From Eledone cirrhosa (lineage: Eukaryota), in contig OZ024741.1 in assembly GCA_964016885.1 (NCBI GenBank), forward strand, positions 250,232,001 through 250,296,000: 64,000 nt of DNA. Direction: 5' to 3'. Shown here piece after piece: positions 38,101 to 52,700 of this stretch (positions within the stretch are counted from its first letter, which is position 1; each line of letters opens with the position of its first letter). Position numbers and translations under genes: made by a program. A model generated the notes under the pieces. The model did not search any database, was not told where the DNA came from, and was given only the letters and a program-made list of their open reading frames with translations.

Positions 38101-41100
38101 AGCCTCCAAGGGGAGATAATTTCCAGCCAGCCAAGGGGAGATAATTTGTAAAAAAATCAGGGGGGAGATAATTTGTAAAAAAAATCAGGGGGAGATAATT
38201 TGAAAAAAAAATCAGGGGGAGATAATTTGTAAAAAATATCAAGGGGAGATAATTTCCAGCCCTCCAAGGGGCTATAATTTCCAGCCGTGCAAGGGGAGAT
38301 AATTTCCAGCCGTCCAAGGGGAGATAATTTCCATCCTTCCAAGGGGAGATAATTTCCAGCCGTCCAAGGGGAGATAATTTCCCGCCAGCCAAGGGAAGAT
38401 AATTTTTTAAAAAATCAGGCGGAGATTGTAAAAAAAATCAGTGGGAGATAATTTGTAAAAAAATCAGGGGGAGATAATTTGTAAAAAAAAAATCAGGGGG
38501 AGATAATTTGTAAAAAAAAATCAGGGGGAGATAATTTGTAAAAAAAATCAGGGGGAGATAATTTGCAAAAAAAATCAGGGGTAGATAATTTGTAAAAAAA
38601 ATCAGGGGGAGATAATTTGTAAAAAAAATCAGGGGGAGATAATTTGTAAAAAAAATCAGGGGTAGATAATTTTCAGCCGTCCAAGGGGAGATAATTTCCA
38701 TCCTTCCAAGGGGAGATAATTTCCAGCCGTCCAAGGGGAGATAATTTCCCGCCAGCCAAGGAGAGATAACATTTAAAAAAATCAGGCGGAGATAATTTGT
38801 AAAAAAATCAGGGGGAGATAATTTGTAAAAAAAATCAGGGGTAGATAATTTCCAGCCGTCCAAGGGGAGATAATTTCCATCCTTCCAAGGGGAGATAATT
38901 TCCAGCCGTCCAAGGGGAGATAATTTCCCGCCAGCCAAGGAGAGATAATATTTAAAAAAATCAGGCGGAGATAATTTGTAAAAAAAATCAGGGGGAGATA
39001 ATTTGTAAAAAAATCAGGGGGAGATAATTTGTAAAAAAAAATCAGGGGGAGATAATTTGTAAAAAAAAATCAGGGGGAGATAATTTGTAAAAAAAAATCA
39101 GGGGTAGATAATTTGTAAAAAAAAATCAGGGGGAGATAATTTGTAAAAAAAAAATCAGGGGGAGATAATTTGTAAAAAAATCAAGGGGAGATAATTTCCA
39201 GCCGTCCAAGGGGAGATAATTTTCAGCCGTCCAAGGAGAGGTAATTTCTAGCCGTCCAAGGGGAGATAATTTCCAGCCGTCCAAGGGGAGATAATTTTTT
39301 TAAAAAAATCAGGCGGAGATAATTTGTAAACAAAAATCAGGGGGAGATAATTTGTAAAAAAAAATCAAGGGGAGATAATTTGTAAAAAAAAATCAGGGTT
39401 AGATAATTTGTAAAAAAAAATCAGGGGGAGATAATTTGTAAAAAAAAAATCAGGGGGAGATAATTTGTAAAAAAATCAAGGGGAGATAATTTCCAGCCGT
39501 CCAAGGGGAGATAATTTTCAGCCGTCCAAGGAGAGGTAATTTCTAGCCGTCCAAGGGGAGATAATTTCCAGCCAGCCAAGGGGAGATAATTTGTAAAAAA
39601 ATCAGGGGTAGATAATTTGTAAAAAAAAATCAGGGGGAGATAATTTGTAAAAAAAAATCAGGGGGAGATAATTTGTAAAAAAAAAATCAGGGGGAGATAA
39701 TTTGTAAAAAAATCAAGGGGAGATAATTTCCAGCCGTCCAAGGGGAGATAATTTTCAGCCGTCCAAGGAGAGGTAATTTCTAGCCGTCCAAGGGGAGATA
39801 ATTTCCAGCCAGCCAAGGGGAGATAATTTGTAAAAAAATCAGGGGTAGATAATTTGTAAAAAAAAATCAGGGGGAGATAATTTGTAAAAAAAATCAGGGG
39901 GAGATAATTTGTAAAAAAAATCAGGGGTAGATAATTTCCAGCCGTCCAAGGGGAGATAATTTCCATCCTTCCAAGGGGAGATAATTTCCAGCCGTCCAAG
40001 GGGAGATAATTTCCCGCCAGCCAAGGAGAGATAACATTTAAAAAAATCAGGCGGAGATAATTTGTAAAAAAAATCAGGGGGAGATAATTTGTAAAAAAAT
40101 CAGGGGGAGATAATTTGTAAAAAAAATCAGGGGTAGATAATTTCCAGCCGTCCAAGGGGAGATAATTTCCATCCTTCCAAGGGGAGATAATTTCCAGCCG
40201 TCCAAGGGGAGATAATTTCCCGCCAGCCAAGGAGAGATAATATTTAAAAAAATCAGGCGGAGATAATTTGTAAAAAAAATCAGGGGGAGATAATTTGTAA
40301 AAAAATCAGGGGGAGATAATTTGTAAAAAAAAATCAGGGGAGATAATTTGTAAAAAAAATCAGGGGGAGATAATTTCCAGCCGTCCAAGGGGAGATAATT
40401 TCCATCCTTCCAAGGGGAGATAATTTCCAGCCGTCCAAGGGGAGATAATTTCCCGCCAGCCAAGGAGAGATAACATTTAAAAAAATCAGGCGGAGATAAT
40501 TTGTAAAAAAAATCAGGGGGAGATAATTTGTAAAAAAATCAGGGGGAGATAATTTGTAAAAAAAATCAGGGGTAGATAATTTCCAGCCGTCCAAGGGGAG
40601 ATAATTTCCATCCTTCCAAGGGGAGATAATTTCCAGCCGTCCAAGGGGAGATAATTTCCCGCCAGCCAAGGAGAGATAATATTTAAAAAAATCAGGCGGA
40701 GATAATTTGTAAAAAAAATCAGGGGGAGATAATTTGTAAAAAAATCAGGGGGAGATAATTTGTAAAAAAAAATCAGGGGAGATAATTTGTAAAAAAAATC
40801 AGGGGGAGATAATTTGTAAAAAAAAATCAGGGGGAGATAATTTGTAAAAAAAATCAAGGGGAGATAATTTCCAGCCGTCCAAGGGGAGATAATTTCCATC
40901 CTTCCAAGGGGAGATAATTTCCAGCCGTCCAAGGGGAGATAATTTCCCGCCAGCCAAGGAGAGATAACATTTAAAAAAATCAGGCGGAGATAATTTGTAA
41001 AAAAAATCAGGGGGAGATAATTTGTAAAAAAATCAGGGGGAGATAATTTGTAAAAAAAATCAGGGGTAGATAATTTCCAGCCGTCCAAGGGGAGATAATT

Positions 41101-41799
41101 TCCCGCCAGCCAAGGAGAGATAATATTTAAAAAAATCAGGCGGAGATAATTTGTAAAAAAAATCAGGGGGAGATAATTTGTAAAAAAATCAGGGGGAGAT
41201 AATTTGTAAAAAAAAATCAGGGGGAGATAATTTGTAAAAAAAATCAGGGGGAGATAATTTGTAAAAAAAAATCAGGGGTAGATAATTTGTAAAAAAAAAT
41301 CAGGGGGAGATAATTTGTAAAAAAAAAATCAGGGGGAGATAATTTGTAAAAAAATCAAGGGGAGATAATTTCCAGCCGGCCAAGGGGAGATAATTTTCAG
41401 CCGTCCAAGGAGAGGTAATTTCTAGCCGTCCAAGGGGAGATAATTTCCAGCCGTCCAAGGGGAGATAATTTTTAAAAAAAAATCAGGCGGAGATAATTTG
41501 TAAACAAAAATCAGGGGGAGATAATTTGTAAAAAAAAATCAGGGGGAGATAATTTGTAAAAAAAAAATCAGGGGGTGATAATTTGTAAAAAAATCAAGGG
41601 GAGATAATTTCCAGCCGTCCAAGGGGAGATAATTTTCAGCCGTCCAAGGAGAGGTAATTTCTAGCCGTCCAAGGGGAGATAATTTCCAGCCAGCCAAGGG
41701 GAGATAATTTGTAAAAAAATCAGGGGTAGATAATTTGTAAAAAAAAATCAGGGGGAGATAATTTGTAAAAAAAATCAGGGGGAGATAATTTGTAAAAAA

Positions 41800-44700
41800 A
41801 ATCAGGGGTAGATAATTTCCAGCCGTCCAAGGGGAGATAATTTCCATCCTTCCAAGGGGAGATAATTTCCAGCCGTCCAAGGGGAGATAATTTCCCGCCA
41901 GCCAAGGAGAGATAATATTTAAAAAAATCAGGCGGAGATAATTTGTAAAAAAAATCAGGGGGAGATAATTTGTAAAAAAATCAGGGGGAGATAATTTGTA
42001 AAAAAAAATTAGGGGAGATAATTTGTAAAAAAAATCAGGGGGAGATAATTTGTAAAAAAAAATCAGGGGTAGATAATTTGTAAAAAAAAATCAGGGGGAG
42101 ATAATTTGTAAAAAAAAAATCAGGGGGAGATAATTTGTAAAAAAATCAAGGGGAGATAATTTCCAGCCGTCCAAGGGGAGATAATTTTCAGCCGTCCAAG
42201 GAGGTAATTTCTAGCCGTCCAAGGGGAGATAATTTCCAGCCGTCCAAGGGGAGATAATTTTTTTTAAAAAATCAGGCGGAGATAATTTGTAAACAAAAAT
42301 CAGGGGGAGATAATTTGTAAAAAAAAATCAGGGGGAGATAATTTGTAAAAAAAAATCAGGGGGAGATAATTTGTAAAAAAAATCAAGGGGAGATAATTTC
42401 CAGCCGTCCAAGGGGAGGTAATATCTAGCCATCCAAGGGGAGATAATTCCCAGCCGTCCAAGGGGAGATAATTTCCAGCCGTCCAAGGGGAGATAATATC
42501 CAGCCGTCCAAGGAGACATATTTTCCAGCCGTCCAAGGAGAGGTAATTTCTAGCCGTCCAAGGGGAGATAAGTTCCAGCCTCCAAGGGGAGAAAATTTCC
42601 AGCCAGCCAAGGGGAGATAATTTGTAAAAAAATCAGGGGGAGATAATTTGTAAAAAAAAAATCAGGGGGAGATAATTTGTAAAAAAATCAGGGGGAGATA
42701 ATTTGTAAAAAAAAAATCAGGGGGAGATAATTTGTAAAAAAAATCAGGGGGAGATAATTTGTAGAAAAAATCAGGGGTAGATAATTTGTAAAAAAAATCA
42801 GGGGGAGATAATTTGTAAAAAAAATCAGGGGGAGATAATTTGTAAAAAAAATCAGGGGTAGATAATTTTCAGCCGTCCAAGGGGAGATAATTTCCATCCT
42901 TCCAAGGGGAGATAATTTCCAGCCGTCCAAGGGGAGATAATTTCCCGCCAGCCAAGGAGAGATAACATTTAAAAAAATCAGGCGGAGATAATTTGTAAAA
43001 AAAATCAGGGGGAGATAATTTGTAAAAAAATCAGGGGGAGATAATTTGTAAAAAAAATCAGGGGTAGATAATTTCCAGCCGTCCAAGGGGAGATAATTTC
43101 CCGCCAGCCAAGGAGAGATAATATTTAAAAAAATCAGGCGGAGATAATTTGTAAAAAAAATCAGGGGGAGATAATTTGTAAAAAAATCAGGGGGAGATAA
43201 TTTGTAAAAAAAAATCAGGGGGAGATAATTTGTAAAAAAAATCAGGGGGAGATAATTTGTAAAAAAAAATCAGGGGTAGATAATTTGTAAAAAAAAATCA
43301 GGGGGAGATAATTTGTAAAAAAAAAATCAGGGGGAGATAATTTGTAAAAAAATCAAGGGGAGATAATTTCCAGCCGGCCAAGGGGAGATAATTTTCAGCC
43401 GTCCAAGGAGAGGTAATTTCTAGCCGTCCAAGGGGAGATAATTTCCAGCCGTCCAAGGGGAGATAATTTTTAAAAAAAAATCAGGCGGAGATAATTTGTA
43501 AACAAAAATCAGGGGGAGATAATTTGTAAAAAAAAATCAGGGGGAGATAATTTGTAAAAAAAAAATCAGGGGGTGATAATTTGTAAAAAAATCAAGGGGA
43601 GATAATTTCCAGCCGTCCAAGGGGAGATAATTTTCAGCCGTCCAAGGAGAGGTAATTTCTAGCCGTCCAAGGGGAGATAATTTCCAGCCAGCCAAGGGGA
43701 GATAATTTGTAAAAAAATCAGGGGTAGATAATTTGTAAAAAAAAATCAGGGTGAGATAATTTGTAAAAAAAATCAGGGGGAGATAATTTGTAAAAAAAAT
43801 CAGGGGTAGATAATTTCCAGCCGTCCAAGGGGAGATAATATCCATCCTTCCAAGGGGAGATAATTTCCAGCCGTCCAAGGGGAGATAATTTCCCGCCAGC
43901 CAAGGAGAGATAACATTTAAAAAAATCAGGCGGAGATAATTTGTAAAAAAAATCAGGGGGAGATAATTTGTAAAAAAATCAGGGGGAGATAATTTGTAAA
44001 AAAAATCAGGGGTAGATAATTTCCAGCCGTCCAAGGGGAGATAATTTCCATCCTTCCAAGGGGAGATAATTTCCAGCCGTCCAAGGGGAGATAATTTCCC
44101 GCCAGCCAAGGAGAGATAATATTTAAAAAAATCAGGCGGAGATAATTTGTAAAAAAAATCAGGGGGAGATAATTTGTAAAAAAATCAGGGGGAGATAATT
44201 TGTAAAAAAAAATCAGGGGAGATAATTTGTAAAAAAAATCAGGGGGAGATAATTTGTAAAAAAAAATCAGGGGTAGATAATTTGTAAAAAAAAATCAGGG
44301 GGAGATAATTTGTAAAAAAAAAATCAGGGGGAGATAATTTGTAAAAAAATCAAGGGGAGATAATTTCCAGCCGTCCAAGGGGAGATAATTTTCAGCCGTC
44401 CAAGGAGGTAATTTCTAGCCGTCCAAGGGGAGATAATTTCCAGCCGTCCAAGGGGAGATAATTTTTTTAAAAAAATCAGGCGGAGATAATTTGTAAACAA
44501 AAATCAGGGGGAGATAATTTGTAAAAAAAAATCAGGGGGAGATAATTTGTAAAAAAAAAATCAGGGGGTGATAATTTGTAAAAAAATCAAGGGGAGATAA
44601 TTTCCAGCCGTCCAAGGGGAGATAATTTTCAGCCGTCCAAGGAGAGGTAATTTCTAGCCGTCCAAGGGGAGATAATTTCCAGCCAGCCAAGGGGAGATAA

Positions 44701-47700
44701 TTTGTAAAAAAATCAGGGGTAGATAATTTGTAAAAAAAAATCAGGGGGAGATAATTTGTAAAAAAAATCAGGGGGAGATAATTTGTAAAAAAAATCAGGG
44801 GTAGATAATTTCCAGCCGTCCAAGGGGAGATAATTTCCATCCTTCCAAGGGGAGATAATTTCCAGCCGTCCAAGGGGAGATAATTTCCCGCCAGCCAAGG
44901 AGAGATAATATTTAAAAAAATCAGGCGGAGATAATTTGTAAAAAAAATCAGGGGGAGATAATTTGTAAAAAAATCAGGGGGAGATAATTTGTAAAAAAAA
45001 ATCAGGGGGAGATAATTTGTAAAAAAAATCAGGGGGAGATAATTTGTAAAAAAAAATCAGGGGTAGATAATTTGTAAAAAAAAATCAGGGGGAGATAATT
45101 TGTAAAAAAAAAATCAGGGGGAGATAATTTGTAAAAAAATCAAGGGGAGATAATTTCCAGCCGTCCAAGGGGAGATAATTTTCAGCCGTCCAAGGAGAGG
45201 TAATTTCTAGCCGTCCAAGGGGAGATAATTTCCAGCCGTCCAAGGGGAGATAATTTTTTTTTAAAAATCAGGCGGAGATAATTTGTAAACAAAAATCAGG
45301 GGGAGATAATTTGTAAAAAAAAATCAGGGGGAGATAATTTGTAAAAAAAAATCAGGGGAGATAATTTGTAAAAAAAATCAAGGGGAGATAATTTCCAGCC
45401 GTCCAAGGGGAGGTAATATCTAGCCATCCAAGGGGAGATAATTTCCAGCCGTCCAAGGGGAGATAATTTCCAGCCGTCCAAGGGGAGATAATATCCAGCC
45501 GTCCAAGGAGACATATTTTCCAGCCGTCCAAGGAGACGTAATTTCTAGCCGTCCAAGGGGAGATAAGTTCCAGCCTCCAAGGGGAGATAATTTCCAGCCA
45601 GCCAAGGGGAGATAATTTGTAAAAAAATTAGGGGGAGATAATTTGTAAAAAAAAATTAGGGGGAGATAATTTGTAAAAAAAAATCAGGGGGAGATAATTT
45701 GTAAAAAAAAATCAGGGGGAGATAATTTGTAAAAAAAATCAAGGGGAGATAATTTCCAGCCGTCCAAGGGGAGATAATTTTCAGCCGTCCAAGGAGAGGT
45801 AAATTCTAGCCGTCCAAGGAGATATAATTTCCAGCCGTCCAAGGGGAGATAATTTCCAGCCGTCCAAGGGGAGGTAATATCTAGCCATCCAAGGGGAGAT
45901 AATTTCCAGCCGTCCAAGGGGAGATAATATCCAGCCGTCCAAGGAGACATATTTTCCAGCCGTCCAAGGAGAGGTAATTTCTAGCCGTCCAAGGGGAGAT
46001 AAGTTCCAGCCTCCAAGGGGAGATAATTTCCAGCCAGCCAAGGGGAGATAATTTGTAAAAAAATCAGGGGGGAGATAATTTGTAAAAAAAATCAGGGGGA
46101 GATAATTTGAAAAAAAAATCAGGGGGAGATAATTTGTAAAAAATATCAAGGGGAGATAATTTCCAGCCCTCCAAGGGGCTATAATTTCCAGCCGTGCAAG
46201 GGGAGATAATTTCCAGCCGTCCAAGGGGAGATAATTTCCATCCTTCCAAGGGGAGATAATTTCCAGCCGTCCAAGGGGAGATAATTTCCCGCCAGCCAAG
46301 GGAAGATAATTTTTTAAAAAATCAGGCGGAGATTGTAAAAAAAATCAGTGGGAGATAATTTGTAAAAAAATCAGGGGGAGATAATTTGTAAAAAAAAAAT
46401 CAGGGGGAGATAATTTGTAAAAAAAAATCAGGGGGAGATAATTTGTAAAAAAAATCAGGGGGAGATAATTTGTAAAAAAAATCAGGGGTAGATAATTTGT
46501 AAAAAAAATCAGGGGGAGATAATTTGTAAAAAAAATCAGGGGGAGATAATTTGTAAAAAAAATCAGGGGTAGATAATTTTCAGCCGTCCAAGGGGAGATA
46601 ATTTCCATCCTTCCAAGGGGAGATAATTTCCAGCCGTCCAAGGGGAGATAATTTCCCGCCAGCCAAGGAGAGATAACATTTAAAAAAATCAGGCGGAGAT
46701 AATTTGTAAAAAAATCAGGGGGAGATAATTTGTAAAAAAAATCAGGGGTAGATAATTTCCAGCCGTCCAAGGGGAGATAATTTCCATCCTTCCAAGGGGA
46801 GATAATTTCCAGCCGTCCAAGGGGAGATAATTTCCCGCCAGCCAAGGAGAGATAATATTTAAAAAAATCAGGCGGAGATAATTTGTAAAAAAAATCAGGG
46901 GGAGATAATTTGTAAAAAAATCAGGGGGAGATAATTTGTAAAAAAAAATCAGGGGGAGATAATTTGTAAAAAAAAATCAGGGGGAGATAATTTGTAAAAA
47001 AAAATCAGGGGTAGATAATTTGTAAAAAAAAATCAGGGGGAGATAATTTGTAAAAAAAAAATCAGGGGGAGATAATTTGTAAAAAAATCAAGGGGAGATA
47101 ATTTCCAGCCGTCCAAGGGGAGATAATTTTCAGCCGTCCAAGGAGAGGTAATTTCTAGCCGTCCAAGGGGAGATAATTTCCAGCCGTCCAAGGGGAGATA
47201 ATTTTTTTAAAAAAATCAGGCGGAGATAATTTGTAAACAAAAATCAGGGGGAGATAATTTGTAAAAAAAAATCAGGGGGAGATAATTTGTAAAAAAAATC
47301 AAGGGGAGATAATTTGTAAAAAAAATCAGGGGTAGATAATTTGTAAAAAAAAATCAGGGGGAGATAATTTGTAAAAAAAAAATCAGGGGGAGATAATTTG
47401 TAAAAAAATCAAGGGGAGATAATTTCCAGCCGTCCAAGGGGAGATAATTTTCAGCCGTCCAAGGAGAGGTAATTTCTAGCCGTCCAAGGGGAGATAATTT
47501 CCAGCCAGCCAAGGGGAGATAATTTGTAAAAAAATCAGGGGTAGATAATTTGTAAAAAAAAATCAGGGGGAGATAATTTGTAAAAAAAATCGGGGGAGAT
47601 AATTTGTAAAAAAAATCAGGGGTAGATAATTTCCAGCCGTCCAAGGGGAGATAATTTCCATCCTTCCAAGGGGAGATAATTTCCAGCCGTCCAAGGGGAG

Positions 47701-49780
47701 ATAATTTCCCGCCAGCCAAGGAGAGATAACATTTAAAAAAAATCAGGCGGAGATAATTTGTAAAAAAAATCAGGGGGAGATAATTTGTAAAAAAATCAGG
47801 GGGAGATAATTTGTAAAAAAAATCAGGGGTAGATAATTTCCAGCCGTCCAAGGGGAGATAATTTCCATCCTTCCAAGGGGAGATAATTTCCAGCCGTCCA
47901 AGGGGAGATAATTTCCCGCCAGCCAAGGAGAGATAATATTTAAAAAAATCAGGCGGAGATAATTTGTAAAAAAAATTAGGGGGAGATAATTTGTAAAAAA
48001 ATCAGGGGGAGATAATTTGTAAAAAAAAATCAGGGGAGATAATTTGTAAAAAAAATCAGGGGGAGATAATTTGTAAAAAAAAATCAGGGGTAGATAATTT
48101 GTAAAAAAAAATCAGGGGGAGATAATTTGTAAAAAAAAAATCAGGGGGAGATAATTTGTAAAAAAATCAAGGGGAGATAATTTCCAGCCGTCCAAGGGGA
48201 GATAATTTTCAGCCGTCCAAGGAGGTAATTTCTAGCCGTCCAAGGGGAGATAATTTCCAGCCGTCCAAGGGGAGATAATTTTTTTTAAAAAATCAGGCGG
48301 AGATAATTTGTAAACAAAAATCAGGGGGAGATAATTTGTAAAAAAAAATCAGGGGGAGATAATTTGTAAAAAAAAATCAGGGGGAGATAATTTGTAAAAA
48401 AAATCAAGGGGAGATAATTTCCAGCCGTCCAAGGGGAGGTAATATCTAGCCATCCAAGGGGAGATAATTCCCAGCCGTCCAAGGGGAGATAATTTCCAGC
48501 CGTCCAAGGGGAGATAATATCCAGCCGTCCAAGGAGACATATTTTCCAGCCGTCCAAGGAGAGGTAATTTCTAGCCGTCCAAGGGGAGATAAGTTCCAGC
48601 CTCCAAGGGGAGAAAATTTCCAGCCAGCCAAGGGGAGATAATTTGTAAAAAAATCAGGGGGAGATAATTTGTAAAAAAAAAATCAGGGGGAGATAATTTG
48701 TAAAAAAATCAGGGGGAGATAATTTGTAAAAAAAAAATCAGGGGGAGATAATTTGTAAAAAAAATCAGGGGGAGATAATTTGTAGAAAAAATCAGGGGTA
48801 GATAATTTGTAAAAAAAATCAGGGGGAGATAATTTGTAAAAAAAATCAGGGGGAGATAATTTGTAAAAAAAATCAGGGGTAGATAATTTTCAGCCGTCCA
48901 AGGGGAGATAATTTCCATCCTTCCAAGGGGAGATAATTTCCAGCCGTCCAAGGGGAGATAATTTCCCGCCAGCCAAGGAGAGATAACATTTAAAAAAATC
49001 AGGCGGAGATAATTTGTAAAAAAAATCAGGGGGAGATAATTTGTAAAAAAATCAGGGGGAGATAATTTGTAAAAAAAATCAGGGGTAGATAATTTCCAGC
49101 CGTCCAAGGGGAGATAATTTCCCGCCAGCCAAGGAGAGATAATATTTAAAAAAATCAGGCGGAGATAATTTGTAAAAAAAATCAGGGGGAGATAATTTGT
49201 AAAAAAATCAGGGGGAGATAATTTGTAAAAAAAAATCAGGGGGAGATAATTTGTAAAAAAAATCAGGGGGAGATAATTTGTAAAAAAAAATCAGGGGTAG
49301 ATAATTTGTAAAAAAAAATCAGGGGGAGATAATTTGTAAAAAAAAAATCAGGGGGAGATAATTTGTAAAAAAATCAAGGGGAGATAATTTCCAGCCGGCC
49401 AAGGGGAGATAATTTTCAGCCGTCCAAGGAGAGGTAATTTCTAGCCGTCCAAGGGGAGATAATTTCCAGCCGTCCAAGGGGAGATAATTTTTAAAAAAAA
49501 ATCAGGCGGAGATAATTTGTAAACAAAAATCAGGGGGAGATAATTTGTAAAAAAAAATCAGGGGGAGATAATTTGTAAAAAAAAAATCAGGGGGTGATAA
49601 TTTGTAAAAAAATCAAGGGGAGATAATTTCCAGCCGTCCAAGGGGAGATAATTTTCAGCCGTCCAAGGAGAGGTAATTTCTAGCCGTCCAAGGGGAGATA
49701 ATTTCCAGCCAGCCAAGGGGAGATAATTTGTAAAAAAATCAGGGGTAGATAATTTGTAAAAAAAAATCAGGGGGAGATAA
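41800..49780 (+). repeat. ~8-kb block duplicated at ~54020-61975 (offset ~12.22 kb)
   Basis: ORF pairs 42300/54521, 43537/55757, 44532/56752, 45684/57902, 46345/58563, 47354/59573 and 48709/60928 all have offsets of 12218-12221. Boundaries are approximate. Confidence 0.85.
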
Positions 49781-52700
49781 TTTGTAAAAAAAATCAGGGG
49801 GAGATAATTTGTAAAAAAAATCAGGGGTAGATAATTTCCAGCCGTCCAAGGGGAGATAATTTCCATCCTTCCAAGGGGAGATAATTTCCAGCCGTCCAAG
49901 GGGAGATAATTTCCCGCCAGCCAAGAAGAGATAATATTTAAAAAAATCAGGCGGAGATAATTTGTAAAAAAAATCAGGGGGAGATAATTTGTAAAAAAAT
50001 CAGGGGGAGATAATTTGTAAAAAAAAATTAGGGGAGATAATTTGTAAAAAAAATCAGGGGGAGATAATTTGTAAAAAAAAATCAGGGGTAGATAATTTGT
50101 AAAAAAAAATCAGGGGGAGATAATTTGTAAAAAAAAAATCAGGGGGAGATAATTTGTAAAAAAATCAAGGGGAGATAATTTCCAGCCGTCCAAGGGGAGA
50201 TAATTTTCAGCCGTCCAAGGAGGTAATTTCTAGCCGTCCAAGGGGAGATAATTTCCAGCCGTCCAAGGGGAGATAATTTTTTTTAAAAAATCAGGCGGAG
50301 ATAATTTGTAAACAAAAATCAGGGGGAGATAATTTGTAAAAAAAAATCAGGGGGAGATAATTTGTAAAAAAAAATCAGGGGGAGATAATTTGTAAAAAAA
50401 ATCAAGGGGAGATAATTTCCAGCCGTCCAAGGGGAGGTAATATCTAGCCATCCAAGGGGAGATAATTCCCAGCCGTCCAAGGGGAGATAATTTCCAGCCG
50501 TCCAAGGGGAGATAATATCCAGCCGTCCAAGGAGACATATTTTCCAGCCGTCCAAGGAGAGGTAATTTCTAGCCGTCCAAGGGGAGATAAGTTCCAGCCT
50601 CCAAGGGGAGAAAATTTCCAGCCAGCCAAGGGGAGATAATTTGTAAAAAAATCAGGGGGAGATAATTTGTAAAAAAAAAATCAGGGGGAGATAATTTGTA
50701 AAAAAATCAGGGGGAGATAATTTGTAAAAAAAAAATCAGGGGGAGATAATTTGTAAAAAAAATCAGGGGGAGATAATTTGTAGAAAAAATCAGGGGTAGA
50801 TAATTTGTAAAAAAAATCAGGGGGAGATAATTTGTAAAAAAAATCAGGGGGAGATAATTTGTAAAAAAAATCAGGGGTAGATAATTTTCAGCCGTCCAAG
50901 GGGAGATAATTTCCATCCTTCCAAGGGGAGATAATTTCCAGCCGTCCAAGGGGAGATAATTTCCCGCCAGCCAAGGAGAGATAACATTTAAAAAAATCAG
51001 GCGGAGATAATTTGTAAAAAAAATCAGGGGGAGATAATTTGTAAAAAAATCAGGGGGAGATAATTTGTAAAAAAAATCAGGGGTAGATAATTTCCAGCCG
51101 TCCAAGGGGAGATAATTTCCCGCCAGCCAAGGAGAGATAATATTTAAAAAAATCAGGCGGAGATAATTTGTAAAAAAAATCAGGGGGAGATAATTTGTAA
51201 AAAAATCAGGGGGAGATAATTTGTAAAAAAAAATCAGGGGGAGATAATTTGTAAAAAAAATCAGGGGGAGATAATTTGTAAAAAAAAATCAGGGGTAGAT
51301 AATTTGTAAAAAAAAATCAGGGGGAGATAATTTGTAAAAAAAAAATCAGGGGGAGATAATTTGTAAAAAAATCAAGGGGAGATAATTTCCAGCCGGCCAA
51401 GGGGAGATAATTTTCAGCCGTCCAAGGAGAGGTAATTTCTAGCCGTCCAAGGGGAGATAATTTCCAGCCGTCCAAGGGGAGATAATTTTTAAAAAAAAAT
51501 CAGGCGGAGATAATTTGTAAACAAAAATCAGGGGGAGATAATTTGTAAAAAAAAATCAGGGGGAGATAATTTGTAAAAAAAAAATCAGGGGGTGATAATT
51601 TGTAAAAAAATCAAGGGGAGATAATTTCCAGCCGTCCAAGGGGAGATAATTTTCAGCCGTCCAAGGAGAGGTAATTTCTAGCCGTCCAAGGGGAGATAAT
51701 TTCCAGCCAGCCAAGGGGAGATAATTTGTAAAAAAATCAGGGGTAGATAATTTGTAAAAAAAAATCAGGGGGAGATAATTTGTAAAAAAAATCAGGGGGA
51801 GATAATTTGTAAAAAAAATCAGGGGTAGATAATTTCCAGCCGTCCAAGGGGAGATAATTTCCATCCTTCCAAGGGGAGATAATTTCCAGCCGTCCAAGGG
51901 GAGATAATTTCCCGCCAGCCAAGGAGAGATAATATTTAAAAAAATCAGGCGGAGATAATTTGTAAAAAAAATCAGGGGGAGATAATTTGTAAAAAAATCA
52001 GGGGGAGATAATTTGTAAAAAAAAATTAGGGGAGATAATTTGTAAAAAAAATCAGGGGGAGATAATTTGTAAAAAAAAATCAGGGGTAGATAATTTGTAA
52101 AAAAAAATCAGGGGGAGATAATTTGTAAAAAAAAAATCAGGGGGAGATAATTTGTAAAAAAATCAAGGGGAGATAATTTCCAGCCGTCCAAGGGGAGATA
52201 ATTTTCAGCCGTCCAAGGAGGTAATTTCTAGCCGTCCAAGGGGAGATAATTTCCAGCCGTCCAAGGGGAGATAATTTTTTTTAAAAAATCAGGCGGAGAT
52301 AATTTGTAAACAAAAATCAGGGGGAGATAATTTGTAAAAAAAAATCAGGGGGAGATAATTTGTAAAAAAAAATCAGGGGGAGATAATTTGTAAAAAAAAT
52401 CAAGGGGAGATAATTTCCAGCCGTCCAAGGGGAGGTAATATCTAGCCATCCAAGGGGAGATAATTCCCAGCCGTCCAAGGGGAGATAATTTCCAGCAGTC
52501 CAAGGGGAGATAATATCCAGCCGTCCAAGGAGACATATTTTCCAGCCGTCCAAGGAGAGGTAATTTCTAGCCGTCCAAGGGGAGATAAGTTCCAGCCTCC
52601 AAGGGGAGAAAATTTCCAGCCAGCCAAGGGGAGATAATTTGTAAAAAAATCAGGGGGAGATAATTTGTAAAAAAAAAATCAGGGGGAGATAATTTGTAAA

